Positions 1-9,443 of a stretch of 53,642 nucleotides of DNA are shown piece by piece. The notes under the pieces are model-generated. The model saw nothing but the letters and a program-made list of their open reading frames with translations. It was not told the origin of the DNA and did not search any database. Origin of the DNA: a virus (lineage: Duplodnaviria; Caudoviricetes); IMG/VR virus record IMGVR_UViG_3300025098_000062, positions 1 to 53,642 of that record; one strand, given 5' to 3'. How positions within the stretch are numbered: the stretch's first letter is position 1; every line of letters starts with the position of its first letter. A program made the translations under genes and the position numbers.

Positions 1-10
1 TCCATCTAAT

Positions 11-559
11 ATGTTTACAAAATATACAGATGCAGAGAAAGCTGCTATAGGAATATATCCTGTAGAAGATAGTGGTACAAAAGGAGATGATAGATTTGAA
101 AATACTTCACAAGCTACATATAGTTTTAGTGCTTCTGATAAGAAAGTAACAACATCTTATACAATAACAGCTAAGTCTTTAGTAGATGTTAATGATGTAG
201 ATAAAGATGGTAATGCAATAAAAGATTACAAAGGTAATCAAACAGTAACATTAGGTTTAAAAACATTAGCTAAAAATTTAACTAAACAACGAGCTAATAA
301 TTATATATCTAGATTTAATTGGTTAGTAGAAAGATTAGCTTATGATAGTAGTAAAACTATACCAAGTGCTGTTGGAACCTATGTAGGAAATATTAAAACA
401 GACTGTGCAGCTATTGAAGCAGCTATAGATGGTGCAAGTGATATGGCAGCATTTAAAGCATTATATGAAGACACTAGAGATAGTGATGGTAATGTAACAG
501 AAATAGCAAGAATAAACAGATGGAGTGATGATTATGACGTTAAAACGTACATACGTTAA
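11..559 (+). CDS. Tail-associated hypothetical protein (5' partial; frame is open to the window edge)
   Basis: The frame is open upstream of the ATG at 11 and lies directly before the tail genes; function is inferred from context. Confidence 0.55.
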   Translation: MFTKYTDAEKAAIGIYPVEDSGTKGDDRFENTSQATYSFSASDKKVTTSYTITAKSLVDVNDVDKDGNAIKDYKGNQTVTLGLKTLAKNLTKQRANNYISRFNWLVERLAYDSSKTIPSAVGTYVGNIKTDCAAIEAAIDGASDMAAFKALYEDTRDSDGNVTEIARINRWSDDYDVKTYIR

Positions 560-629
560 GATTAAAAGATTTTTTAAAAGATTAAAAAAAAGATTATTTG
601 GTAAACTTTGCCAATGTAATGATAAATAG
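534..629 (+). CDS. Small basic peptide (31 aa, MTLKRTYVKIKRFFKRLKKRLFGKLCQCNDK)
   Basis: GGAG at 522-525 lies 8 nt before the ATG; the ORF fills the gap between the 559 stop and the 639 start. Confidence 0.4.
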   Translation: MTLKRTYVKIKRFFKRLKKRLFGKLCQCNDK

Positions 630-638
630 GAGAAATAA

Positions 639-1562
639 ATGGCATCAACATATACAAGCAGGTTAAGACTAGTAAAACAAGGAGATGGAGATAATCCAAA
701 TACTTGGGGTACTGTATTAAATGATGGTATGATAAGTCTAGTTGATGATGCTATTGCAGCTTATACTACAGTAGAAATAGGAGCTAATGCTACAGTAACT
801 TTATCAGCAGTAGATGGTTCAGGTGATGTACCACGTTCTGCTTTCTTAGAAGTTAAAGGTTCAGTAGGTGGAACTAATACAACAATAACAATGATAATAC
901 CTGCTCAATCTAAAAGCTATGTTATTAATAATACAGTTTCTGCTAATACAACTGCAAGTGATATAGTTAAAATTAAAACTGCTAGTGGTGATGGATATAA
1001 TATTCCTTTTGGTGCAGTAGGTTTAGTTATATGTGATGGTACAAGTGTATTTCCTACTAATGCTAAAGGATTAGGATTAGGTACAGCAGCTAATGCAGAT
1101 GTAGGTGTATGTGCAACTAATATTGCAGATGTATCTTTAGCAGATATTAGATATGTAAGAACTTCAGTAACAGCTAATACAACTGTACGTGGAGACTTTG
1201 TAGTAGAAGCAGGTTCATTAAAAGTAGGAACATCTGCTAGAGCTTATAATCCAATAACAACATTAACAGATGCTGCAAGTATAACAGTAGACTTTGCATT
1301 AGGTAATAACTTCTTAGTTACTATAGGTGGTAATAGAACATTAGCAGCACCAACTAATGCAGTAGCAGGTCAAACAGGAAACATATATGTAATTCAAGAT
1401 GGCACAGGTTCAAGAACATTATCATATAATACAGCATATCAATTTGTATCTGCTGCAGTACCTACATTAAGTACAGGTGCAGGAGATGTAGATATGTTAA
1501 TATATAGTGCAAGAAGTGCATCAACAATAGATTCAGTATTATTAAAAAACTTTGATAGGTAA
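639..1562 (+). CDS. Tail fibre / tail structural protein
   Basis: N-terminus MASTYTSRLRLVKQGDGDNPNTWG is of the type seen in phage tail proteins; Thr/Ala/Gly-rich beta-type C-terminus; AGGAG RBS. Confidence 0.65.
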   Translation: MASTYTSRLRLVKQGDGDNPNTWGTVLNDGMISLVDDAIAAYTTVEIGANATVTLSAVDGSGDVPRSAFLEVKGSVGGTNTTITMIIPAQSKSYVINNTVSANTTASDIVKIKTASGDGYNIPFGAVGLVICDGTSVFPTNAKGLGLGTAANADVGVCATNIADVSLADIRYVRTSVTANTTVRGDFVVEAGSLKVGTSARAYNPITTLTDAASITVDFALGNNFLVTIGGNRTLAAPTNAVAGQTGNIYVIQDGTGSRTLSYNTAYQFVSAAVPTLSTGAGDVDMLIYSARSASTIDSVLLKNFDR

Positions 1563-1565
1563 CTA

Positions 1566-3428
1566 ATGGCAAAGTCCACTCTAACTAAAATGGATTTCAA
1601 AGCTGGAATCCAAAGAGAGTCCACACAGTATGCAGAAACAGGTTCATGGTATGACGCTGATAAAGTACGTTTTAGAGCAGGTAAGCCAGAGAACATAGGT
1701 GGTTATGCAACAAAAGTATCTGCATCTTTTAATGGTGCAGGAAGAGATTTAATTACATGGTCTGATAATGACCAATTTAAAAGAGCTATGTTTGGTACAT
1801 CTCAAATGTTGTATGAACATAATGGTGACCAGATATTTGATGTTACTCCTGTATCTGCTAGTGTAACATTAGCTAGTGCATTTACTTGTGCTCTTAGTGT
1901 TAATACAGTAACAGTATCTGCAACAGCTCATGGTAGAACAACAGGTGACTTTGTATTCTTTACAAGCTCTACTACTATTGGTGGTAATATATTATTAGGT
2001 ACAGATACATATCCTGTAAGTGTTATTAATTCAAATACTTTTGCTATTGATGTTGCAACTACATCTAGTGTTGCTCAATCATCTTCAGGTAGTGGTACTA
2101 TACATTATTTAATTGCTAATGGTGTAGATAATGCAGCAACAGGTTTAGGTTATGGAGCAGGTTCTTATAATGCAGGTGTAAGTACAGTAGGAGGAAGAGC
2201 ATGGAATAGTCCTACTTCAGCAGGTGCTAGTGACTTCTTTAGTCAAATAACACAGTGGAGTTTAGATAACTGGGGTGAAGATGTGATTGCTAATCGAAGA
2301 GGAGGTACTATATATTATTGGGATGCTGATGCATCAACAAGTCCTTTAAGAGCTGTTAAAGTTTCAGGTAGTACAAACTCTACACCAACAACTGTAAATT
2401 CAATTATTGTTTCTCCTAATGATAGACATCTTATTACATTAGGAACAAATCAATTTGGAACAACAGCATCACCTACAGGAACATATGACCCTTTAACTGT
2501 ACGTTGGTCTAATCAAGAAGACTATACAAACTTTGTTCCTTCTATTAGTTCTACTTCAGGTGAAGTAATTCTTACAGATGGTACAGAAATAGTTGGAGCT
2601 AAGAGGTCACGTAATGCTGTTAACATATGGACAGATAATTCTTTATGGGCTATGTCTTTTGTTGGTCCACCTTTTATATTTAACTTTAATCAGTTAGGTA
2701 CTAATTGTGGATTGATAGCACCACATGCAGCAATAGATTATGATGGTGCATCTATATGGATGGGACATGATAACTTCTATATGTTTGATGGACAAGTTAA
2801 GAACTTAGATTGTACTGTAAGAAGATTTGTATTTGATAGATTAAACATGGACCAGAAAGATAAAATATTCTGTGGTATTAATTCTGAGTTTAAAGAAGTT
2901 ATATGGTTATATCCTTCTACTAACTCTACTGAATGTGATAGTTATGTTATCTATTCTCCTACAGAAAATTACTGGACAATAGGTTCTAGTATCTTTACAA
3001 CCTTTGCAGATAAGAATGTATTTAGTAATACTATAACAACAGGTACAGTAGGTACTGCTAATAATTTATATAACAATGAACCTGATGGTGTATATACAGC
3101 AGATGGTGTATCTCAACCTTCCTTTATTGAATCAGCAGATTTTGATATAGCGTCAGGTAATGATATAATGTTTTTAAGTAGAATTATTCCTGACTTTGAT
3201 ATAAGTGATGGTTCATTAAGTTTCTCCATTAAGACTAAAGATTTTCCTGAAAGTGGTACAGCTAGAGAGAAACCTAATCCACCACATGTTATTACTAACG
3301 CAACAACTAAGATAGATATGAGAGCTAGAGGTAGACAAGGAAGAGTAAGAGTATCCTGTAATGCAGCGAATACAAGCTGGAGATGGGGTTCAATACGTTT
3401 AGCTATACAACCAGATGGTAGAAGATAA
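1566..3428 (+). CDS. Tail nozzle / P22 gp10-like DNA-stabilisation protein
   Basis: 620 aa, beta-propeller-like composition with motifs WSLDNWGED, VRWSNQED and LGTNCGLI; located between tail and ejection genes. Confidence 0.65.
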   Translation: MAKSTLTKMDFKAGIQRESTQYAETGSWYDADKVRFRAGKPENIGGYATKVSASFNGAGRDLITWSDNDQFKRAMFGTSQMLYEHNGDQIFDVTPVSASVTLASAFTCALSVNTVTVSATAHGRTTGDFVFFTSSTTIGGNILLGTDTYPVSVINSNTFAIDVATTSSVAQSSSGSGTIHYLIANGVDNAATGLGYGAGSYNAGVSTVGGRAWNSPTSAGASDFFSQITQWSLDNWGEDVIANRRGGTIYYWDADASTSPLRAVKVSGSTNSTPTTVNSIIVSPNDRHLITLGTNQFGTTASPTGTYDPLTVRWSNQEDYTNFVPSISSTSGEVILTDGTEIVGAKRSRNAVNIWTDNSLWAMSFVGPPFIFNFNQLGTNCGLIAPHAAIDYDGASIWMGHDNFYMFDGQVKNLDCTVRRFVFDRLNMDQKDKIFCGINSEFKEVIWLYPSTNSTECDSYVIYSPTENYWTIGSSIFTTFADKNVFSNTITTGTVGTANNLYNNEPDGVYTADGVSQPSFIESADFDIASGNDIMFLSRIIPDFDISDGSLSFSIKTKDFPESGTAREKPNPPHVITNATTKIDMRARGRQGRVRVSCNAANTSWRWGSIRLAIQPDGRR

Positions 3429-4285
3429 TGACAACAATGTACAATACAACTGGTTATGACCCTGGTGCTTTTTTAACTAATTTAAAAAATACAGCATTAC
3501 AAAAGTATAATCAACAAATGGGAGCTTCAGGTGGAGCTGCAGATATTGCAGCAAAGACTGCAAGTTTACCTAATCCTGTATTTAGTAGAAAATATAATCC
3601 TAATCCAACAGGTTTAGATAGTTTACCTATAACTGGTCAAGAAATTTTACAAGGATTTAATAAAATTAATCCAATGGCTATGGTTATTGAAAAAGGAATA
3701 AATCTACCTGAAATTAATGAGTTAGAATATCAATATGGACCAGGATATACTGGAAAACCTTCTGATGCAAGACATATGGCAGCTGCTAATAATATTAGTA
3801 ATGCTGTAAGTAATCTTATTGAAAAAGGAAGTCTTGGTCTAGTTCCAGAATCAGTTTCAACTTTTATTGGAGATGCTACACCTAATGTAGCAGGAGGAAT
3901 AAAAGAATTAATATCTTTAGGATATAATGTATTACCTACTGGTGATATAACACCTTCAGAAGCTATTGATATGTTTAAAGAAGATATAGCAGCTAATTAT
4001 CAAGGAAGTTTTGGAATACCTCAAAATACAATGACTGCTAAAGATATATATGAAAAAGTTTATAGTGAACCACAAGAAGAAATTAATTTTTCAGGATTAC
4101 CTATTCAAGTAGGTTCTATATATCCTAGTTATTTTGAAGATAAAGAAGAGTTTGATAGAACTGGTAGAGGAGTATATGCAGGTAGACCTGTATATTATTC
4201 AGAAGGTCCTGACTTACCTCAAGGAGGTTTAGTATATTCAGGAACTGCAGAAGATTTAGAAAATTTTTATAGTAGTATGCAGTAA
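3428..4285 (+). CDS. Hypothetical virion-associated protein
   Basis: 285-aa ORF with TAATG coupling at both ends. Confidence 0.55.
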   Translation: MTTMYNTTGYDPGAFLTNLKNTALQKYNQQMGASGGAADIAAKTASLPNPVFSRKYNPNPTGLDSLPITGQEILQGFNKINPMAMVIEKGINLPEINELEYQYGPGYTGKPSDARHMAAANNISNAVSNLIEKGSLGLVPESVSTFIGDATPNVAGGIKELISLGYNVLPTGDITPSEAIDMFKEDIAANYQGSFGIPQNTMTAKDIYEKVYSEPQEEINFSGLPIQVGSIYPSYFEDKEEFDRTGRGVYAGRPVYYSEGPDLPQGGLVYSGTAEDLENFYSSMQ

Positions 4286-4563
4286 TGGCTAGATACCCAG
4301 AGTTACCAAGATTTGTACAAACAGAAGATGATGCTAAAGAGTTCTATCGTTATGTACAACAATGGGGAGCAGCTTTAATTAATCAGTTAGATACAAGAGA
4401 CCAAGAAGTAAATAGAAAACCTTCTACTAATATATATGCTGTTGTAACTATAACAGATATAGGTTTACCTAAGAAAGGTGATATAGCATATGCAGCATCA
4501 GCAGGTAAATTTAAAGGATACGTTAGTACAACAGCAACACAAGCATGGGAAAATTTAAACTAA
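4285..4563 (+). CDS. Hypothetical structural protein
   Basis: 92 aa, TAATG-coupled within the structural operon. Confidence 0.55.
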   Translation: MARYPELPRFVQTEDDAKEFYRYVQQWGAALINQLDTRDQEVNRKPSTNIYAVVTITDIGLPKKGDIAYAASAGKFKGYVSTTATQAWENLN

Positions 4564-4564
4564 T

Positions 4565-4732
4565 ATGAAAAACAATATTATTAAATTTCCTAAAGCTAAA
4601 AAAGAACTTGAAGAAGATAATAATGTTATAAGTAAAGAAGAAATATTAGAACAACAACACCAGCTTATAATACAACAACAAGAAATTTTAAAACAAAGAG
4701 AAAAAATACTAGAGATAATTAATGAAAAATAA
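4565..4732 (+). CDS. Small coiled-coil protein (55 aa, MKNNIIKFPKAKKELEED...)
   Basis: Not in the track. It fills the gap on the operon strand and is more plausible than the antisense 4555..4740 ORF. Confidence 0.55.
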   Translation: MKNNIIKFPKAKKELEEDNNVISKEEILEQQHQLIIQQQEILKQREKILEIINEK

Positions 4733-4949
4733 ATACTCACAACAAGATTATCTTAAAATCTTAAACAGTCCTTCTAGTACCTACTTTGGTTTAGTTAATA
4801 GAGGTATGGTTATTCCTAATGTAAATCGTTTAGATAAACTAAGTACTGTTATGAAAGATTTTCCTAAGACTAATACTTTTGTAGCTAATAATACATTAGC
4901 ACAATCTAACCCTTATTCACCTAATCAAGTACTACGGAAGAAAAAATAA
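4722..4949 (+). CDS. Hypothetical protein
   Basis: 75 aa, TAATG-coupled to the next gene. Confidence 0.5.
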   Translation: MKNKYSQQDYLKILNSPSSTYFGLVNRGMVIPNVNRLDKLSTVMKDFPKTNTFVANNTLAQSNPYSPNQVLRKKK

Positions 4950-6607
4950 TGATGATGCAACCACAACCACAATTAAATAGGATACAGCAAATGAATAATA
5001 TGATGCAAAATGTCAGGAGAGATGATGGTCTTTCTAACCTTATGGCATTACAACAAATGCGACAAATGAGACAACCTCAAATGATGCAACAACCACCAAC
5101 TGTATATAATGCACAAGGTGGCTTTCCTGATTTAAGTGGTGATGGTACAATAACACAAAAAGATATATTAATGGCTAAAGGTGTTATAGAGAGAAATCAA
5201 GGAGGACTTACAAGTTTACCTGTGATAAAAGCTTTTTCAGGTTTTAGAAGTTTTAAAATACCAAAACCTATAAGACAAATAGGTAGGACTGTAAGTAAAG
5301 GTGCACAAATGATTGGTGGTGCAGCTCAAGATGTTGTTGATGGAACATTGTCAGGTGTATCAAGTGCTTTAGGTGGTGGTAAAGGTACTGGTGATTTTCT
5401 TAAAACATTAGCATTAATGGCTGTAACTAATATATTAATTCCTGGAGGTGGTCCTTTAATGACTGCATTAAAAGCTTATGCTGTTCCTTCATTAGCAACT
5501 GGAGGATTAAATGAACTTACTTCAGACCCTTTAAGACAAGATAAATTACTAAGAGCTGCTGCAGCTGGAGCAATGCATTATGGAGCTGATAAGTATCAAG
5601 CTTATCAAGCTAAGAATGCACCTGACCCTACTTTTTCTGCAGATGCAGTTAAAGGTACTAGTCCTGAATTACAATATGCAGATAAATCAGGTGGTATGTC
5701 TTCTTCAACAACAGGAGGAATAGATTCTGGTAGTTTATCTAGTAATTATGCACAAAGCAATATAAATAATCCAAATATGTTTGAAAGAGGAATAGATACA
5801 GCAGGAGGTTATATAGATAAAGCAGGAAGTTATGTTGATTCTGCTGTAAATACAACTAAAGATTTTCTTGGAAAAGAAATAGTTCCAGGAAGATATGATG
5901 TAGCTCAACTTGGTAAAGATGCAGTAACAGCATATGGTACAACAGAAATTAAAAAAGAAATAGATGCAGCTAAAAAAGCATATCAAGATGCACAAGGACT
6001 ATCAGAACAAATACAAGCAGAAGCTGAAGGTAGACAAATGACTGCTAGACAGTTTGCTAAAGCAGCTATAGAAGACCCAGTTAAATATTCTTATATTTAT
6101 AAGTATGGAGCTAATCCACAAAGTGTAGCAGATGTTTTAAATAGAATGTATCAAGGAACAGAAGATACAGAAACTGCTCAATACTTTGAGCCTGCTACTT
6201 ATACTACAGAGTCAGGAAGACTACCTGGAGAATTAGCAGCAGCTACAGGTGGTGGTATCTCAAGTATTATTAATAATGCAAGAGGACAGAATAATCAATT
6301 CTTTCAAGGACAAGTACCTAATACAACAAGAGATAAATCAGATGGTATGAGTGATAATGAAACTATGTTAATTACTGATGAGACAGGACAAAAGCCTAAA
6401 GGTATTATGAAGATAAGTGAAAAAGAATATGTTGTATCTGCTCCTGATATGGCTATACTAGGTAATGGAGACCCTAACGCAGGAGCACAAGCATTGGATG
6501 AATTTAGAGAAGGATTACGAAAAGCTGCATATGGAACTAAAGCACATCAACCTAGACTTAACCCAAGAACAGCATTACAATCATTAGCAAACAAAGCATT
6601 TGGATAA
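4949..6607 (+). CDS. Internal virion / DNA ejection protein
   Basis: Gln/Met/Gly/Ala-rich, with an EF-hand-like DLSGDGTITQKD and a hydrophobic stretch; first of three large genes after the nozzle gene. Confidence 0.55.
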   Translation: MMMQPQPQLNRIQQMNNMMQNVRRDDGLSNLMALQQMRQMRQPQMMQQPPTVYNAQGGFPDLSGDGTITQKDILMAKGVIERNQGGLTSLPVIKAFSGFRSFKIPKPIRQIGRTVSKGAQMIGGAAQDVVDGTLSGVSSALGGGKGTGDFLKTLALMAVTNILIPGGGPLMTALKAYAVPSLATGGLNELTSDPLRQDKLLRAAAAGAMHYGADKYQAYQAKNAPDPTFSADAVKGTSPELQYADKSGGMSSSTTGGIDSGSLSSNYAQSNINNPNMFERGIDTAGGYIDKAGSYVDSAVNTTKDFLGKEIVPGRYDVAQLGKDAVTAYGTTEIKKEIDAAKKAYQDAQGLSEQIQAEAEGRQMTARQFAKAAIEDPVKYSYIYKYGANPQSVADVLNRMYQGTEDTETAQYFEPATYTTESGRLPGELAAATGGGISSIINNARGQNNQFFQGQVPNTTRDKSDGMSDNETMLITDETGQKPKGIMKISEKEYVVSAPDMAILGNGDPNAGAQALDEFREGLRKAAYGTKAHQPRLNPRTALQSLANKAFG

Positions 6608-6620
6608 GGAGTAAAACAGA

Positions 6621-9443
6621 ATGTCAATATTTTCACCACAGTTTCCTAGTCAACCAACTCCTGCTGGAGCAACAGTTGCTACGACTCAGTTTCCCACAGA
6701 GTTAGCTCCTTTTATAAAAGACATATTAGAAAAAGCTAAAGCACAACAATCAGATGCAAGTTATCAAGCATATACAGGACCACAATTAGCACAGTTTACA
6801 GATAAAGAAACTGCTGCTATGAATGCTATTGTAAATCAAGCAACAGGATTAGCAGGTACAGATGTAGCTCAAGCTTCTCCTTATTTTCAAGGAGCTAAGA
6901 CTGCTGTTGAAGGATTAGGACAACAGTTTACAGGAGACACAGCACAACAGTATATGAATCCATATCAACAAGCTGTAGTTGACCAAGCTAAAGCTAAAGC
7001 TGTAGAAGATTATGAATCTAAGATAGCACCTGGAATAGCTGCTCAAGCAGTTGCTTCACAACCTTTTGGTGGTTCAAGACAAGCTATTGCAGAAGGAATG
7101 GCAAGACAAGACTTAACAGATAAATTAACTGAGATACAAGAGAGAGGTTCAGCAGATGCTTTTAATCAAGGACGAGCTGCCTTTGAAGCCCAGAAAGCTA
7201 GAGAGTTACAACAAGGACAACAGTTTGCTCAGTTAGGACAAACTATACCACAACAAGCTTTAAGAGATTTAGCGATACAACAACAGATAGGTGAACAAGA
7301 AAGACAACAAGAACAACGAGGATTAGATTTAGCTAAATCACAGTTTATGGAAGAAAGAGAATTTCCAACTAGAGCTTTACAAGAATACTCTGCAGTAGTT
7401 AGAGGATTTCCTTTTCAACCTTCTACTTATACAGCACAAACACAATATCAACCTACACCTTCTATAGGTTCACAACTATTACAACTTGGTGGTGCAGGAT
7501 TAGGAGCTTATACACAATTTGGTGGACAACTTCCTAAACTATTTGGTGCTACTGGTGGTGGTATAGCAGATATTATACATAATCAAGAAGGAACAAATGA
7601 GCAGAATACAGGTCTTACTGAAGAGTCAGCTTTAACAACTACTTTTGAAAATAATAAAAGAGGATTTGATATAGTAAACGGAGAACGTGTACCTATAAGT
7701 TCAGAAGAATTTCATAATAGATATGGTATAGGTGGCACACAAAGAACAAATATAGAAAGTATAATAGCTCCTGAATTTTTACCTACTGAACCTGCTCCTT
7801 TTAGAATACAAATGCAAATGGAAGAAAGTGCACAAGGAGCTCCTATGGGTGGACCTTTACCTTCTCAAGAAGAAATGCAACAACAATTTTTAAATGAGCA
7901 GTTACAAAATAGACCAGCTTTTTATAATCAAGGTGGTTTAGTTACTGTTTATAATCAAGCAGGAGAGAATGACCAGAATGTAGAAGAAGACTCAAATTTA
8001 ATTAATGAAACATATACAATGTCAGAAGTTCCTGAAATTTCAGGCACTAATATAATACCAGATATATCTTATACAGAACCTAGTGCATTAGATATACAAG
8101 AAAGTGCAGCTTTTTTAAAAGGTATACCTGGATTAGATACAGCTGTTAAATCATCTCTAGATAAATTAACAGAGAATAAAAGTATATATGACGCTAAAGC
8201 TTATAAAGAAGCAATAAACCCTAATAAAGGTTTATTAAAAACTACAACTTTAGCACAAAAAAAATTAGAAGAACAAAGTGACCCTACCTCTAAATATAGT
8301 TTAGATAAAGAAGAAAAAGATAAACGAGCAGCACAGATAACTTTTGGTCAAGGCATAACTAAAGCAGCTTTAAATATAGACCCTAATGCTTCTTTTGTAC
8401 AACAGTTATCTGGATTAATAGGAGGTATTGGTAATGCTAAAGGTCAATCAACAAAAGAATATGATGCATTAACTGAAGAAAATATTAAAAATCAAATTAA
8501 TGCAGCATCTGGTGCAGTTGAATTAAATACAAATTATTTAAATACATTAAATCAAATTGAAGAAAATGTTATTAAAGCTGATGCAGCTGAACAAAATAAA
8601 CATTTAACTTTAGTTAATTCACAGATTGATAATTTAAAAACATATAATATGTTAACTGGAGATATTTATAAACATAAAGGAAATTTAGAATTAAAACTAA
8701 TAGACCAAAAACTTGCACGAGCTCAAACACAACTTGACAGAGATGAATTAAAAGTAAAAAGAGCTGAAGTTATAAATAGTATTAAAGCTGCAAATGTTAA
8801 ATCTGCATTAGAATCTATTCAAACTAATACTGATAAAAATTATAAACTAGGTAGTTTAGAACTAGAAGGTAGAAAAATATTATTAGATTATAATGCTACT
8901 ATTAGTGCATTAGATAAAGATAAAATATTAGATGCTGATGATGGTAAAAAAATTATGCAAATAACTCTTAATTCTTTTGGTTACAGATATAATGATGAGA
9001 ATCAATTAGTTGGTGAGGGTGGTTCAGCTATAGAAAATCCAAGAGATTTAGCAGCTTTTAATGCTGCATTATCTTATGCTATAGGTGAAGCAGGTGTATT
9101 AAAAGCTAGTGGTAAAGCTGTATTAGATTCTGAATTACTAAATAATATTCAATCTTTTCAAGAAAATAGAGCAACAGGATTAAGTCCAATACTAAGAGCT
9201 GCTATTCCTATGAATACAGCTGTTAAAACAAAGTTGACAGAAGAATATAATAAGTTTGTTGGAACTAGAAATGAATTTAATGCTTATATAATAGGACAAC
9301 TTTCTAATCAAGATGGAACTTATAATCCTACTAATACTTTAGGAATTGAACTTAAAAATATGGCTGCAGACCAATGGCAACAATTAAGTAAAGCTATACA
9401 AAGTGGACAAAGAGTAATACCACGAAATACAAGGAATAAATAA
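6621..9443 (+). CDS. Internal virion / DNA ejection (pilot) protein
   Basis: Gln/Ala-rich helical N-terminal half (YMNPYQQAVVD, FGGSRQAIAEG) typical of podovirus ejection proteins; AGGAG RBS. Confidence 0.6.
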   Translation: MSIFSPQFPSQPTPAGATVATTQFPTELAPFIKDILEKAKAQQSDASYQAYTGPQLAQFTDKETAAMNAIVNQATGLAGTDVAQASPYFQGAKTAVEGLGQQFTGDTAQQYMNPYQQAVVDQAKAKAVEDYESKIAPGIAAQAVASQPFGGSRQAIAEGMARQDLTDKLTEIQERGSADAFNQGRAAFEAQKARELQQGQQFAQLGQTIPQQALRDLAIQQQIGEQERQQEQRGLDLAKSQFMEEREFPTRALQEYSAVVRGFPFQPSTYTAQTQYQPTPSIGSQLLQLGGAGLGAYTQFGGQLPKLFGATGGGIADIIHNQEGTNEQNTGLTEESALTTTFENNKRGFDIVNGERVPISSEEFHNRYGIGGTQRTNIESIIAPEFLPTEPAPFRIQMQMEESAQGAPMGGPLPSQEEMQQQFLNEQLQNRPAFYNQGGLVTVYNQAGENDQNVEEDSNLINETYTMSEVPEISGTNIIPDISYTEPSALDIQESAAFLKGIPGLDTAVKSSLDKLTENKSIYDAKAYKEAINPNKGLLKTTTLAQKKLEEQSDPTSKYSLDKEEKDKRAAQITFGQGITKAALNIDPNASFVQQLSGLIGGIGNAKGQSTKEYDALTEENIKNQINAASGAVELNTNYLNTLNQIEENVIKADAAEQNKHLTLVNSQIDNLKTYNMLTGDIYKHKGNLELKLIDQKLARAQTQLDRDELKVKRAEVINSIKAANVKSALESIQTNTDKNYKLGSLELEGRKILLDYNATISALDKDKILDADDGKKIMQITLNSFGYRYNDENQLVGEGGSAIENPRDLAAFNAALSYAIGEAGVLKASGKAVLDSELLNNIQSFQENRATGLSPILRAAIPMNTAVKTKLTEEYNKFVGTRNEFNAYIIGQLSNQDGTYNPTNTLGIELKNMAADQWQQLSKAIQSGQRVIPRNTRNK

